Shown: positions 37,245 to 48,467, counted from the first letter of the stretch. The stretch is DNA of 64,000 nt from a virus (IMGVR_UViG_3300037454_000475:41291-105290); one strand, 5' to 3'. The notes: generated by a model from the letters alone, not told the origin. Made by a program: numbers and translations.

Positions 37245-38453
37245 TTACTGTACAAACTCGAGGATGCACTTGACATTGACCTTGCGCAAAACATCATGCT
37301 CGATCTTGTAGGGCTCAACGTGTTGCATTTGGCCAACGTCCTTGTTGTAACGGACGAGTTCGTTGAATCCGGAGACTCTGACCTTACATGGGCCGGGGTG
37401 ATATCCAGTGAGTTCCTCCTTCGCAACAGGAACCATACCAGTGACTCCAATGCTCGGGATCTCCACGAAGACGCCTGTCTTGTTTTGTGTGCGGCATACG
37501 CCGGTAATGTTGCCATCGTAGACGATCTTGACCTGTTCCTTCCAAGCCTTGTTGTCCTCGCAGTAATCCTTGAACATTTGGATAATGTTAAGGTCACCGA
37601 GGAAACGGAGGTATTCCTTGACGGAACATGCCACAGTGACATTGGTGGTACCCGGCTTGACAGCGAGGTTTGTGACGAACGTATCCACGTCCTTGCCATC
37701 CCACTTTTCGAAATCGGACTCGATGTTAAGTGTGATCTGTGAGCCCGGGATGAACGCCTGCATGTACATATCCTTACCGCAGAAGTCGGAGACGTTGTCG
37801 ATGCGGATGTTACCAATGTAACCGGCGCGCATGTGTTGAAGGCCGCTGACCCTGGTGGTGATCGGGTGCTTCACGTTGGCTTGGATGTTGACGAGGTTGT
37901 TGATACTGGCGATGAAATCGTCCAACATGGGCTGCAACGGATCCACATAGACATTGTTGGCGTCCTTGGACATAACCTTCACCTTCACCGGATCCTTCGG
38001 AATGAATTTCTTGAAGTTCGGGAACTGGTGGAGATTCACCGTGGATACGATGGTCTCCTTGTAGGTATCCTGCTCGAACACAACACCTTTTTTGGTGATG
38101 GCCACGATACGGAGTTCAACGACATCGCCCGGTTGGAGATCCACACAGGTGATACTTTGTAGGTGTTCCATGTTTTTCTTGGAGCCGAAAACCTTGTCCT
38201 CACCATAAACGGCTGCGAAAGATTCCGCGATGGACTCGTTGCGGTGGAGGTTGCTGGTTTCTCGGATACGTTGCATGTCGTTTGAGGAGGTTGTCCAATC
38301 GAATCCCGGAGCGCCTTCGTCACCAAGGTTCCTGACTTTTTCGAGGGCATTCAATGCGCGATTTTTACGCGTGCTTGCAACAAATTCCTCATGTGAGCGG
38401 CGAGGCCCGCTGTGACGTGAATTGGCCGGAGAGGCCACTTGATTTTTACTCAT
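37245..38453 (-). CDS. Ribosomal protein bS1-like protein (about 3 S1 domains)
   Basis: PGDVVE.RIVAI.KKGV, AFIPGSQI, G.ITGV....GVFVEI...GVTGMVP. Confidence 0.75.
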   Translation of the reverse strand: MSKNQVASPANSRHSGPRRSHEEFVASTRKNRALNALEKVRNLGDEGAPGFDWTTSSNDMQRIRETSNLHRNESIAESFAAVYGEDKVFGSKKNMEHLQSITCVDLQPGDVVELRIVAITKKGVVFEQDTYKETIVSTVNLHQFPNFKKFIPKDPVKVKVMSKDANNVYVDPLQPMLDDFIASINNLVNIQANVKHPITTRVSGLQHMRAGYIGNIRIDNVSDFCGKDMYMQAFIPGSQITLNIESDFEKWDGKDVDTFVTNLAVKPGTTNVTVACSVKEYLRFLGDLNIIQMFKDYCEDNKAWKEQVKIVYDGNITGVCRTQNKTGVFVEIPSIGVTGMVPVAKEELTGYHPGPCKVRVSGFNELVRYNKDVGQMQHVEPYKIEHDVLRKVNVKCILEFVQ

Positions 38454-38555
38454 TCAAAAATTGTTAGAGGGTTAAACATATGTGAATTATGATTAAAAAT
38501 ATCAAATCCTCAAATGCTTTTAACCGAGGATTTGATATTTTTTCTTTTTCATGGG

Positions 38556-39359
38556 TTATTTGTCTTGATCCGTATTGGAATAGTATGCGTTTCTAATGGA
38601 TCTCTTCGTGATATTTGTGCATACATTATCACCGTTATTCGGGGTGAATAACCATTTGATGTAACTTGGATTGTTTTTACAAACATCCACCACCGGATAT
38701 TCCTTGAACTTACCGATACGGAAACGGAGGACTCCGTCCTTATCCGTATATACGAAACCTTCAGGGGAGGTTCTCATCATATCCGTGACATAATCGTTTG
38801 ATTCCTTGATGATTTCCACACCGGTTTCCGCATCGATTGCCGTACCATGGGCTTTGAGTTGTGCCATGTATACATCAATCGTGGCATCCACATCTGCGCT
38901 GGAATCATGGGCGTTTTCGAAATCCCGGCCGTAGTAACGGCGGTATGCATCGCCAAGTTTGTTGGAGTTCACGCGGCGTTCGATGTCGAATGAATCAATA
39001 AACGAGTGTTTTTCAAATTGGGCATCAAGGCCTTCACGCTCGAACTCCCTCTGTAAGAAGCAGATATCGAACGAACTTCCGTTATACGTAAGGATCGGAA
39101 GGTCACCAATGAGTTCCATAAGTTCCGGAAATACCTCGCGGAGGGACACACCATTTTCACGGATGAACTCCTCGGAAAGGTTATGGACGGCTTGGGCGTC
39201 CGGATTGATTTTCCATGTGCCGGATGGGAGAATGTACTTGTTTAATGAGGCGATGCGTTGACCAGTTTCACTGTCGAATACTTTACAAGATAATTGGATA
39301 ACTCGGTCGGTGTTTTTGTTGAGACCGGTGGTTTCCGTATCAATACATGCGATTTTCAT
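38556..39359 (-). CDS. DEDDh 3'-5' exonuclease (DnaQ-like)
   Basis: DTETTG, YNG.SFD, AH.S.AD. Confidence 0.9.
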   Translation of the reverse strand: MKIACIDTETTGLNKNTDRVIQLSCKVFDSETGQRIASLNKYILPSGTWKINPDAQAVHNLSEEFIRENGVSLREVFPELMELIGDLPILTYNGSSFDICFLQREFEREGLDAQFEKHSFIDSFDIERRVNSNKLGDAYRRYYGRDFENAHDSSADVDATIDVYMAQLKAHGTAIDAETGVEIIKESNDYVTDMMRTSPEGFVYTDKDGVLRFRIGKFKEYPVVDVCKNNPSYIKWLFTPNNGDNVCTNITKRSIRNAYYSNTDQDK

Positions 39360-39367
39360 GGTTTGTA

Positions 39368-39799
39368 TTATTTTGTTACCGATTGTTCCTCTCTATCATC
39401 ACCGGTACCATGCAGTGTGCCGGTTTCAACTCTTTTCTTACACTTGGCGAGGTTTTGATATGCCACTTCCGAAAGTTTCATGCCCAAACTATCAGCAATG
39501 GCTGCGATGTACCAAAGGGTATCCCCAAGTTCCTTGCGGATGCCATCAAGTTCCTCGTACTTGAACATCCTACGGGCGGCGGCAATAATCAAATCATCCT
39601 TGGAAATTTTGGTACCTACATTGGCATTATTGATTTCCATGGCGAATTTATAGTAATTATCACGCCAAAACTTTTTGAGTTTATCCAGTACCTCACCGGC
39701 CTCACCGGACAATCCGAGGGCGTAATAAAAGGGGTTATCCGGACAATCTTTGGAAAGGATGGCATCTCGTTGATAGCGGTCAAGTGTTAACTCGTTCAT
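39368..39799 (-). CDS. MazG-like nucleotide pyrophosphohydrolase
   Basis: LGL.GEAGEV, KELGD.LWY, G.GD.R. Confidence 0.85.
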   Translation of the reverse strand: MNELTLDRYQRDAILSKDCPDNPFYYALGLSGEAGEVLDKLKKFWRDNYYKFAMEINNANVGTKISKDDLIIAAARRMFKYEELDGIRKELGDTLWYIAAIADSLGMKLSEVAYQNLAKCKKRVETGTLHGTGDDREEQSVTK

Positions 39800-39875
39800 A
39801 ACTGTAATGTTTGAAAGAATATATGAAAAAAGCCCCTCATTTTAATGAGAGGCTTCATGGGGCTACAAATATGGA

Positions 39876-40262
39876 TCATCTCACCATAACCACCCAGTTA
39901 TTTTGAGTGTTCCAAAACTTTTCGGTTCGTATAACGGTTACAATATCGATCTGTAGTTTGTCAGGAGCGGTACCTCTATGAAGTACACATACGATATTTA
40001 GGTCAGTATTGCCATCCCGCACAATAAACCGGTCGTCTATATTTATATGATCATTAACTATATCCTCAAGAATCTTCTCGGATGCTTTACGGACGGTTTC
40101 GATGATTTCATCATCGGAGATAAACCCTCGATTATCCGACCCATGGCGGCTTTGACGTTCACTGGCGTGAAATGTTTTGGAAATATTGATATCAAATTCC
40201 ACCTTCTTTGAGAAGCTACCAATGGGTTTGGCCTCATTAATGTATTCAATAAGTGTTTTCAT
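39876..40262 (-). CDS. Hypothetical protein with CTS-like N-terminus
   Basis: MKTLIEYINEA; HA.ER motif. Confidence 0.7.
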   Translation of the reverse strand: MKTLIEYINEAKPIGSFSKKVEFDINISKTFHASERQSRHGSDNRGFISDDEIIETVRKASEKILEDIVNDHINIDDRFIVRDGNTDLNIVCVLHRGTAPDKLQIDIVTVIRTEKFWNTQNNWVVMVR

Positions 40263-40331
40263 TTATCAAAATTTGTTTCGTGTTAATCATTATTATAATA
40301 ACAGGTTTTATCCTAAAGAAATGAATTCAAT

Positions 40332-40772
40332 ATGTTTCTTAATTCGTTATTAAAGAAGAAACCCCAAATATTTTCGAGCGTTCTTGGTGAAAATATTATT
40401 CATCTCGGTGCTCAAACCTTCCGTATGCCATCATGGGCGGCATATACGGTATATAGAGTAAGTAAATCGCATATTGCACGACCGGATCTTATTTCCCGTA
40501 TCATGTATGGGACGGAAATATACGGGGATTTTTTATGCAAGGTTAATGGCATATCAAATCCATTTGAGATCAACGAGGACGATGTTTTAATCATTCCGAA
40601 CCTTAATAATATGGGTGATTTCATGATGGAGGATAGTTTTAACGATACGCTGGTGGAGGATGATAGTAAGCCAAAACCAAAAACAAAGAAGGAGAAACGT
40701 AAGGCTAATGAAGCCGTTGTTGGTGATACCCGATTTAAGATTGATAAAGAAAACCATGTAATTATTTACTAA
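40332..40772 (+). CDS. Baseplate wedge protein (gp53-like, LysM)
   Basis: RPDLIS...YG......LC..NGI.NPF. Confidence 0.75.
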   Translation: MFLNSLLKKKPQIFSSVLGENIIHLGAQTFRMPSWAAYTVYRVSKSHIARPDLISRIMYGTEIYGDFLCKVNGISNPFEINEDDVLIIPNLNNMGDFMMEDSFNDTLVEDDSKPKPKTKKEKRKANEAVVGDTRFKIDKENHVIIY

Positions 40773-42124
40773 TGATAGAAGTAAAACAAGATCATAAACT
40801 ACAATTTCCAACCATCGAGGTTCCAAAGTATAACGAATTGGATGATGAGGGAGCTAACATTGCAAGACAAACCAATATAGAAGGTGTGCTTGTACCGCTT
40901 TTCCGTTTCAACAACCTCACCATCACATTCGAAATGGTTCGTATGATGAAGTTGACCTGTGATAGGGTTCCGGAAATTCGTATTGAAATCAAGGATTTCC
41001 TTGATTTGATTAAGATTATGGATTCTCCGGGTTTGGATAATATCCTTTATATGCAAATCATACCTCCTTTTGATGATGCGTATAAGAAGATAGAACTTGC
41101 GTTTTATATCACAAGTACGAATATCATTGGCAACATAGTTACCTTGGAAGGTACTTACTATGTCCCTAAATTATTCGATACCGTTATGAAACCGTATGGT
41201 ATGATCACATCATATGAGCTTTTTAACAACATATCGAATGATTATTCATTGGGATTTTGTTCCAATGTTGATGATTCCCCGGATGAAAGGTATGTGTATA
41301 ATCCGAATAAGCCGGTTATGGAATTTATGAATGATGAGGTGGAATTTTCCGGCGAAAAGGAACATGTATTTACGTGGTGGATCGATTTTTGGAATAACAT
41401 AAACTTTGTGGATCTTTTCAAGGAATACACGGAGATATGTTCCGATGAAGATATGCAAATATGGATATCCGATACGTTTAAGTCAACCGATAACGAGGAG
41501 AATAAGCCTTACCAACAAATTGCGGCATTTAGTAACCATCCGGCATTCGTATCGTCACCAATGTATATATCCGACTACCGGCCGGTTTCCCAATCCGCCC
41601 TTATCACCGATTGCAATTTTGAAACATATTCCATGGAGGATTTGGAGGCATCATCCACACTCATCCAAGATGGAGATGTCCATAATGATGTGTTTACAAA
41701 ATACAGATATGGTGGTGAGGTATTCGGAGATTTTAATTACTTATCCCAGCGGGCATGCCGTGATATGTTTCTCAATAAGGTCAATTCCCAATGTATCGAG
41801 GTGACCATTAAAGTGCCAATGCTTGGTTTGATTAAAGGTGATCATGTAAATGTATGGTGGTATGATATCGGTAATCAAACTGCAAAAAACATAGATACTT
41901 CGGATATCGAATCAAATGTGGCACTACCGGAGGATCCGGAAAATAGCAGGGAAGGTGATGTGCCAATTGTTATCAACAAAACCATTTCCGGTCAATATTA
42001 TATAGTTGATATCGAATTCAATTATATAGGTGGTATGTGTTGGGAAAATAAATACGTGTTAAGCCGTTCCGCGGAAAATATCCAACGTATAAATCCACCA
42101 TCAAATGAATCGTTTATGAGTTAA
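40772..42124 (+). CDS. Putative baseplate hub protein
   Basis: Position in the operon; C-terminal ISGQYYIVDI typical of hub proteins. Confidence 0.55.
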   Translation: MIEVKQDHKLQFPTIEVPKYNELDDEGANIARQTNIEGVLVPLFRFNNLTITFEMVRMMKLTCDRVPEIRIEIKDFLDLIKIMDSPGLDNILYMQIIPPFDDAYKKIELAFYITSTNIIGNIVTLEGTYYVPKLFDTVMKPYGMITSYELFNNISNDYSLGFCSNVDDSPDERYVYNPNKPVMEFMNDEVEFSGEKEHVFTWWIDFWNNINFVDLFKEYTEICSDEDMQIWISDTFKSTDNEENKPYQQIAAFSNHPAFVSSPMYISDYRPVSQSALITDCNFETYSMEDLEASSTLIQDGDVHNDVFTKYRYGGEVFGDFNYLSQRACRDMFLNKVNSQCIEVTIKVPMLGLIKGDHVNVWWYDIGNQTAKNIDTSDIESNVALPEDPENSREGDVPIVINKTISGQYYIVDIEFNYIGGMCWENKYVLSRSAENIQRINPPSNESFMS

Positions 42125-42125
42125 T

Positions 42126-43739
42126 ATGAGTACGTTACAATTAGGAAATAAGGACTATCAATCATTATACAACGTCCGGGAAGCATACCGTAGAGCCGGA
42201 GGTCATTCGGATACATATGCCGGAAAGTTCAACCGTTTTGATAACCCCAATACGTATTTTTTCCGTATATTTTTTGATTTCCATAAGGGATTGCTCGATT
42301 ATGAACATGACCTTGGCAGGGCAAACGCCGATTTGGGTTACGAAACCATTTGGGATAGAAACACATATATCGCTAATTCCGCACTTAACTATTTGGTAAT
42401 CAATAATGAATGGGAACGTGCGGATATGTTAAGGGAGTTCATCCATCTCATATCGAATATAAATACGTATTCACCGTGGTATTTTGCTGAAATCGAAGGT
42501 CTCGGTGAGATGCTTAATAGGACTGAATTTACATCCGAAGCATTTGCATTGCCCGAAATAAAGGCAATTAATATCAAATGTCTCCCGGATTCCTTCGATA
42601 ACCGCATTGGTACCTTAATTGATTTATACAGGGCAATCTGCTACTCATATCAATTACATAAGGAAATCATCCCGGCCAACCTTCGTAGGTTTGATATGTA
42701 TGTATACATATTTGCCGCCAATACCCGTGGTATACATACGTTACACAAATACGTTGAAGGTGCGGATAATATTGAATCGAAAGAGCCGGTGGAGGAGAAA
42801 TTTGCAACGTTTGATCAGCATTTGATTGAAGTTGATGATGATGGTTGGGTAACCAAACGTAATAATGATGCACCATACCTTACATCCTCGAAACTTATCC
42901 AGCTTTCCGGATGTGAAATTGATTTGAACGCATCGATATCCGGATACCAGGGCGTTAAAAATGATGAAGGATTCATACAGGAATACACCATACCAATCAA
43001 GGTGCGTACCGTGATGGAACAGCGTTATAATGAATTTCTTTTGAAACGTATTGGTGACTTTGTTGTTGCCGATATGGATTTACCCGGCTCGAACGAGGAA
43101 TCCGCAGGGGAGAATCGTAACCCGATATATGATAGCGATACGGCAAACCAAGCAGCAATGTTATCGCTTGAACTCAACGACCGACTTGATGAACATTTGA
43201 TGAGACGAGGTATCGCAGTACCTAATCGTGGTCATGAAGAAGAATATGAATCATATAAGGAACTCCATGAAGCATCAATGCTTAATAGTAGTAAATATCG
43301 CGATCAACATAAAACCTCTCTTCTTGATCCATGGCTTAATATGGGTAAGCAAAAACTCGACCGTCTCACCGAGCAGGCAAATCAAATGGTTAATGCCGGT
43401 AAATCCGCCCTCGAAAGCTGGACTAATATGAGTAAACTTAATGAATCCCTTGTTGGAGGTGCAAACAGTTTGATAGACCGGCTTATGTGGGGTAATTTAT
43501 TCAGGCCAAACATACAAAGTACTGTGAATGATGTATCACAGAAATTGTCCAGTGTATCCTCCGGTAATGTGATAAATCAACTTACCCGTAAAGGATGGTC
43601 TCATGAGGATCGTACCTCACCAAGCCGTCCCGGTCAGTTAAATCAAAACCTATCACAATCGAGTAATAGTGTTTTGGGTAATCGTAAATACACCGGCAAT
43701 CCTCCCGGTGGAAATATATTTGGACCAAAAACTGAATAA
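42126..43739 (+). CDS. Putative tail/baseplate structural protein
   Basis: 537-aa ORF in a structural operon. Confidence 0.55.
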   Translation: MSTLQLGNKDYQSLYNVREAYRRAGGHSDTYAGKFNRFDNPNTYFFRIFFDFHKGLLDYEHDLGRANADLGYETIWDRNTYIANSALNYLVINNEWERADMLREFIHLISNINTYSPWYFAEIEGLGEMLNRTEFTSEAFALPEIKAINIKCLPDSFDNRIGTLIDLYRAICYSYQLHKEIIPANLRRFDMYVYIFAANTRGIHTLHKYVEGADNIESKEPVEEKFATFDQHLIEVDDDGWVTKRNNDAPYLTSSKLIQLSGCEIDLNASISGYQGVKNDEGFIQEYTIPIKVRTVMEQRYNEFLLKRIGDFVVADMDLPGSNEESAGENRNPIYDSDTANQAAMLSLELNDRLDEHLMRRGIAVPNRGHEEEYESYKELHEASMLNSSKYRDQHKTSLLDPWLNMGKQKLDRLTEQANQMVNAGKSALESWTNMSKLNESLVGGANSLIDRLMWGNLFRPNIQSTVNDVSQKLSSVSSGNVINQLTRKGWSHEDRTSPSRPGQLNQNLSQSSNSVLGNRKYTGNPPGGNIFGPKTE

Positions 43740-43846
43740 ACCGCGCAAAACTCGCGTATAAACGGCGATCTCCTCCGTCCCGAATAACTATATAGGGGTG
43801 GAGGAGATCTTTTATTAGGGAAAGGAAAAATGAGCTTAAATCGAAT
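43740..43846. repeat. Dispersed palindromic element, copy B (inverted)
   Basis: Core 43765-43811 is a near reverse complement of the copy A core. Confidence 0.9.
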
Positions 43847-44698
43847 TTAATTCGCAGGGTATTTGCGGGCGAAGATACGTTCCGCCCATTCCTTGATTTC
43901 CTCTTCGGTCTTTTCGGGGGCCTTTTCACGGCACCAGTCAAGCAGACCGGGCATCTTGGATTCCTTGAACGCGTTGTATTTTATCTGCTTCTCGTCCAAG
44001 ATGTCATTGGTGTTCACCTTGGTGAAGGGGTACACACTGGTCAGTGCCTCGGTATCTTCAGGGTTGGTCTCGAGGATCGCAGTGAGTTGACACGAGATAG
44101 CCTTCATGGCCTCGTCCGTATCAAGGTACGCGGGGTTGATGAAGTGAATCACGTTGTCCTCACCGAGTACCTTGGCAACGATGTGGTAACCTCTGTTACG
44201 GTACACCCACGGGCCATCCTGCTCCTTGACCAGTTCAAGGAGGGTACCGGCACCACGGTACTTACGACCACGGTTAACCATGACAGGGAGGTTCAGTTCA
44301 CGGCCGATCATATTGACGACCGGAAAATCCGGAATGTAGTGGGGGAGGTTCGTGAGGTCATGAACCACGGAGTCGAGGTATGAGTTCCAACGGTCGTTGA
44401 CGAACTTGTTATACACCTCATCGGAGATATATCCGGCTTCATGGGCATCCGGAACCATCATACGAAGGTATGAGCCGAAGTAGGGACATGCACCGGCGGT
44501 TGTCCAGCTATCACTCGTCTGCTCGCCGGTTTCCGCATTAAGGTACCAAAACGTGCAATAGTCATCCTCATAGAGGCCGCGATAATTGAGCCCTATAAGA
44601 TACAGGTTATCCTCGGATTTGACCTTGGGGCACTCGCTTGAGCAACTGCAACCGTATAACTTGAAGATTTCGTGAGCGATGTAATTGGACTTGTTCAT
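43847..44698 (-). CDS. Hypothetical protein (own promoter)
   Basis: 283-aa ORF, GC3-rich. Confidence 0.75.
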   Translation of the reverse strand: MNKSNYIAHEIFKLYGCSCSSECPKVKSEDNLYLIGLNYRGLYEDDYCTFWYLNAETGEQTSDSWTTAGACPYFGSYLRMMVPDAHEAGYISDEVYNKFVNDRWNSYLDSVVHDLTNLPHYIPDFPVVNMIGRELNLPVMVNRGRKYRGAGTLLELVKEQDGPWVYRNRGYHIVAKVLGEDNVIHFINPAYLDTDEAMKAISCQLTAILETNPEDTEALTSVYPFTKVNTNDILDEKQIKYNAFKESKMPGLLDWCREKAPEKTEEEIKEWAERIFARKYPAN

Positions 44699-44736
44699 CT
44701 TGATAGGATTTAGGGGTTAATGATTCAATTTTCACC

Positions 44737-44768
44737 TATATATAACTGGGTGTGCCGGTATGTTAACA
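44737..44768 (-). promoter_or_regulatory. Phage promoter TGTTAA-N18-TATATATA
   Basis: Recurrent motif. Confidence 0.75.
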
Positions 44769-44789
44769 AATTATTTTGAAAATTTGTAA

Positions 44790-45098
44790 TTACATGGTTT
44801 CCGGCTTGCCATTAATAAGCCGGTATCCGGCCTTGGCCATCAACTTGTTGAATTTTTCGATATCGGTATCGGAGGCCTTTTTAACATCGCGATCCTCCGG
44901 ATGGAACCAATTTGCACCCAAGGGGCTGAACATCCATTCCCACGAGTTTCCGCCTTTATGGCAGTCACATGAACTCGTGATTCTATCCTCGAGGATTTCA
45001 TCGATGATCAATATGGCATCGTATTCCAGGCAAGTGATCCTGACATAATCTCTGCTCTTGAATCCGGAAAGTTTGGTAGTGGGGTTAGTGTTACTCAT
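44790..45098 (-). CDS. Hypothetical protein (own promoter)
   Basis: 102-aa ORF; 5' UTR similar to that of 43847-44698. Confidence 0.7.
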   Translation of the reverse strand: MSNTNPTTKLSGFKSRDYVRITCLEYDAILIIDEILEDRITSSCDCHKGGNSWEWMFSPLGANWFHPEDRDVKKASDTDIEKFNKLMAKAGYRLINGKPETM

Positions 45099-45137
45099 CT
45101 TGATATGGTTTTAAGGGTTATTTATTCATTTTCCACC

Positions 45138-45169
45138 TATATATAAAGGGGATCGTTAGCATCTTAACA
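45138..45169 (-). promoter_or_regulatory. Phage promoter TGTTAA-N18-TATATATA
   Basis: Recurrent motif. Confidence 0.75.
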
Positions 45170-45221
45170 ATCCCCTTTGAATTTTTTGAAAATGTTGGAT
45201 TTACAATTCACGAATCATAAA

Positions 45222-46316
45222 TTAAAATGGTAAATCCATAAATAATTGTTCCACCGGCTCCGTGTGCGAGGCGAGAACTTTATAATTATTACGAAGGTAA
45301 TCAAGATCGGCCACCGTATACTCGTCCTTATGTCCATTCATCGCCAACTGGTATTTACGGGGGATTTGCTCCTTGCTAAGCCTCACGAGGGACATATTGT
45401 AATCAAACATTTCTATTAAGTTATCCATATTATAAGGACAATCATGTAGGCGAGGAATTGAACGTAATGCGTTAAGGATCAAAACCTTATTCTTTTTGAA
45501 ATCATCTATGGTTTTGATATGGAGCTCCTCCTTGATCTTATTCCATTCCTTTTGGGATACCGTATTGGTTATGGTTTTACCGGTTTTTGTTTGATGCTCC
45601 ACCCGGATCAATGCCTTGATATTATCCCCGTGGTCACCACATACGACTTTTGACATGATGATATCATCCGGATTGATATAGGTGCATTTACCAACACGTT
45701 TACATATTTCTTCGATGAATGGATCAACCGTATCGAAGTTCATGAGAATATCCATATCTGTGTTCTGCATGGATTCCGGGAGGAATATGCCGGATTTATC
45801 ATTAAACCATATAGTCCACGCATTCGTTGCCGGGTCTTTTTGAATCAACTGCTTGAGGTCGGCATCGGTAGTCCATATAATACAATTCGTACCTACATGA
45901 TTCAGGTATTTACTCCAATACCAACACCAATCATCACCCTCGATGAGTTTTTCCGTAACACATGTGATATTATTGGCTTTAAAGTTTTGACAGATGGTTT
46001 TAAGTGCATCCCACACATAATTCCATGCAACCTCCTCGTTTACAACCCTATTACCTTTGTATTCTTCGTGGATTACTGATGGTTTTGGAAGTGTACGGCG
46101 CCATGAGCCACCATCCTGAACCATCATGATATTATCGATATGAGGCCCCCAATAACTTATGATTTTGTTAATTGATTGTGCAATAAAGTCGATCATATCA
46201 TTTTTAGCCTGTTCAAGATATTCCGGTGCAAGAGATTTTGAGAAGTCACCCATTTTGACGCCAAGCCGGCTCATTAAAAGCCAGTTGCCATCAATTATAA
46301 GTGTACAATTATTCAT
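45222..46316 (-). CDS. 5'-3' exonuclease / T4 RNase H-like flap nuclease
   Basis: IIDGN, SWR, YKGNR, EGDD, D.DLKQL, GD.GDNI. Confidence 0.9.
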   Translation of the reverse strand: MNNCTLIIDGNWLLMSRLGVKMGDFSKSLAPEYLEQAKNDMIDFIAQSINKIISYWGPHIDNIMMVQDGGSWRRTLPKPSVIHEEYKGNRVVNEEVAWNYVWDALKTICQNFKANNITCVTEKLIEGDDWCWYWSKYLNHVGTNCIIWTTDADLKQLIQKDPATNAWTIWFNDKSGIFLPESMQNTDMDILMNFDTVDPFIEEICKRVGKCTYINPDDIIMSKVVCGDHGDNIKALIRVEHQTKTGKTITNTVSQKEWNKIKEELHIKTIDDFKKNKVLILNALRSIPRLHDCPYNMDNLIEMFDYNMSLVRLSKEQIPRKYQLAMNGHKDEYTVADLDYLRNNYKVLASHTEPVEQLFMDLPF

Positions 46317-46430
46317 ATCTGATTGATTTATTTTGCTTAAACGTAAATAAATATATAAAACAAGCCATAGCGTTTAACCATGGCTTGTGTTATATGCTAC
46401 CTTAACCAATTGGGAAAGATTATGTTATGG

Positions 46431-48467
46431 TCATTGTAACCATACGAAATACGGGTTGTCAATAACTGACATTACCGAACACATATATGCATGGTACGGT
46501 GTATTGTAATTTCCACGGGCGTTATCACATATATACTTGTTCGAGCACCATCCCCAATATTTGGTGAATTTATTTTGGAAATCACAAAGTTTCTTATATT
46601 GTTCGAATGGCATAATCATCGTATTGTTGATCAATGCCATACCCGGTACCGCAAGATTATTGTTTTGGAGAAATTCGGTCACCTCTTTCCTATATCCCAT
46701 GCAATTTTCGGGGTTCTCGATCACACCTATTTTTGGAATAACAGTCATGTTGAGATCAAGCGCATATCGTAGGTATTGTTTGATATTTTCCTCCGAAAAA
46801 AGCACGGATAATGTGGCCGCATATTGTTTTTGTTCCTCGACAGATACCTTGGTTACTGCATATTCAAGGGGAACACCAATATTGATAACTATAGGATCCT
46901 GAATGTTTTTCCTTACTACATGGGGCTCACCACCCATTGCGATATTAAAATAGTTGTAATTATATGCGTGGTGTACGAGGAATGAAAAATCATATTGGGG
47001 TTCCGGGGTTATGGATTCATCATGCTCCAGTTCATTTTTATCTATACCACATATATGTGTTTCCGTGAGGAAACAATTTGAATTATTAAGAATATTTAGA
47101 CATATCTTGGCGATAACGCTGTTGATATAATCATTACCATCAAGCATAAACCAATTGAGAAACACGTCGGGATGGAAGGAATAATTCATCTTCATGCCAT
47201 GTTTTTCGAGGAATATTTGTTCTTTTTCGGTCAGCGAAGGTAGGGTATCAGTGAAATAATTCAAATTTTGATTCCAAAACCAAAAAGCCCATCCATCACT
47301 ACCGGGTTGGGCGTCCCCACCGGCATGGCCTCGGAGGTATTTATGGAAATAAAAATCACTGATGTTTCTTAAAAGGAAATGTTTAACATATACGCCTTGG
47401 GACATAAAATCCTCCTCGGAAATGTATAAAAGACTTTCCTTCGTAATAGGATTATTATTGTAATCATTCTCACGGACTTCATAATTAGGGGAATCTAATT
47501 GCGAATCCAATTCCCATGCAAAGTGCTCATTCATTTGAAGCCTATATCCCGGCTTGTATATGCTTTTACACCAGTTATGAATATATTCACAACGGCAATT
47601 TTTCCTTGTATTAAATGGGAGTAATTTATCATTTACCTCCCATATAGGTTTGTCGGATGGTTTATCATCACCGGAGGTTGCATAACAATGCCATTGTAAC
47701 AATACACCAAAGCGATCCGGGTCGGTACATTTATCTTGCAAGAACTTCTTGATATTGTTGTATTTATATGTTTCATTAAACCAAATAAATTCATCAATGT
47801 CAATAACTGCGAGCCATTTGAACGGTACCGTATAATAAAACTCATTGTACATCGCATTTTGTAAACCGGATTTATCCCTGAAGTTAACCAAACAAACCTT
47901 ACCTTCATTGATATACTCCGAAAGGATTTCATCGTAGGTCTCGTTGGGATCATCGTTATTGTCAAACAAATAAACCTTATCGAATCCTATATGGAGGTGG
48001 TAGGCCACCCAATCCTTTATGTAGTGTTTTTCTTGTTTGGCGATACCCAATACCACATACTCCTTTGATAATTTATCGTATTCCTCCAACGTATAGTTAT
48101 TGGTTATGAAAAGGGGATATCCTTCGGCATGTGAAATGATGTATCCAACATTGATTATATGTTGAACTGCCAAACTACCATGATTTTTTTCGGTCAAGGT
48201 AGTATTCTCCTTGAATTTTTGTTCAAGTAGTTTGAGGAAATCATCCGGAAATTCATCCATATACACAGATACACCCTGCTGTGTCCTTGAAAAGATATCC
48301 ATTATAATATCAGCTCGTTTAACCGGATCTTGAGGTGACTCCGTAAATATGATATTTTGGTATTGAATTATGGTATCGATATTTAGCTCGTCATTATAGG
48401 CGATTTCAATATTACGTCCCGGGATACCATTATCCCTATACGTATTGAAAAACTCGCATATCGTCAT
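46431..48467 (-). CDS. Glycosyltransferase (GT2/GT92-like domain)
   Basis: E..YI.DWV.YH..IGFD...L.DN, W...ID.DEF. Confidence 0.8.
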   Translation of the reverse strand: MTICEFFNTYRDNGIPGRNIEIAYNDELNIDTIIQYQNIIFTESPQDPVKRADIIMDIFSRTQQGVSVYMDEFPDDFLKLLEQKFKENTTLTEKNHGSLAVQHIINVGYIISHAEGYPLFITNNYTLEEYDKLSKEYVVLGIAKQEKHYIKDWVAYHLHIGFDKVYLFDNNDDPNETYDEILSEYINEGKVCLVNFRDKSGLQNAMYNEFYYTVPFKWLAVIDIDEFIWFNETYKYNNIKKFLQDKCTDPDRFGVLLQWHCYATSGDDKPSDKPIWEVNDKLLPFNTRKNCRCEYIHNWCKSIYKPGYRLQMNEHFAWELDSQLDSPNYEVRENDYNNNPITKESLLYISEEDFMSQGVYVKHFLLRNISDFYFHKYLRGHAGGDAQPGSDGWAFWFWNQNLNYFTDTLPSLTEKEQIFLEKHGMKMNYSFHPDVFLNWFMLDGNDYINSVIAKICLNILNNSNCFLTETHICGIDKNELEHDESITPEPQYDFSFLVHHAYNYNYFNIAMGGEPHVVRKNIQDPIVINIGVPLEYAVTKVSVEEQKQYAATLSVLFSEENIKQYLRYALDLNMTVIPKIGVIENPENCMGYRKEVTEFLQNNNLAVPGMALINNTMIMPFEQYKKLCDFQNKFTKYWGWCSNKYICDNARGNYNTPYHAYMCSVMSVIDNPYFVWLQ

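Noticed and set aside
37196-38162. Alternative-frame ORFs over the S1-like gene
   Set aside because: By-products of GC3-rich codon usage
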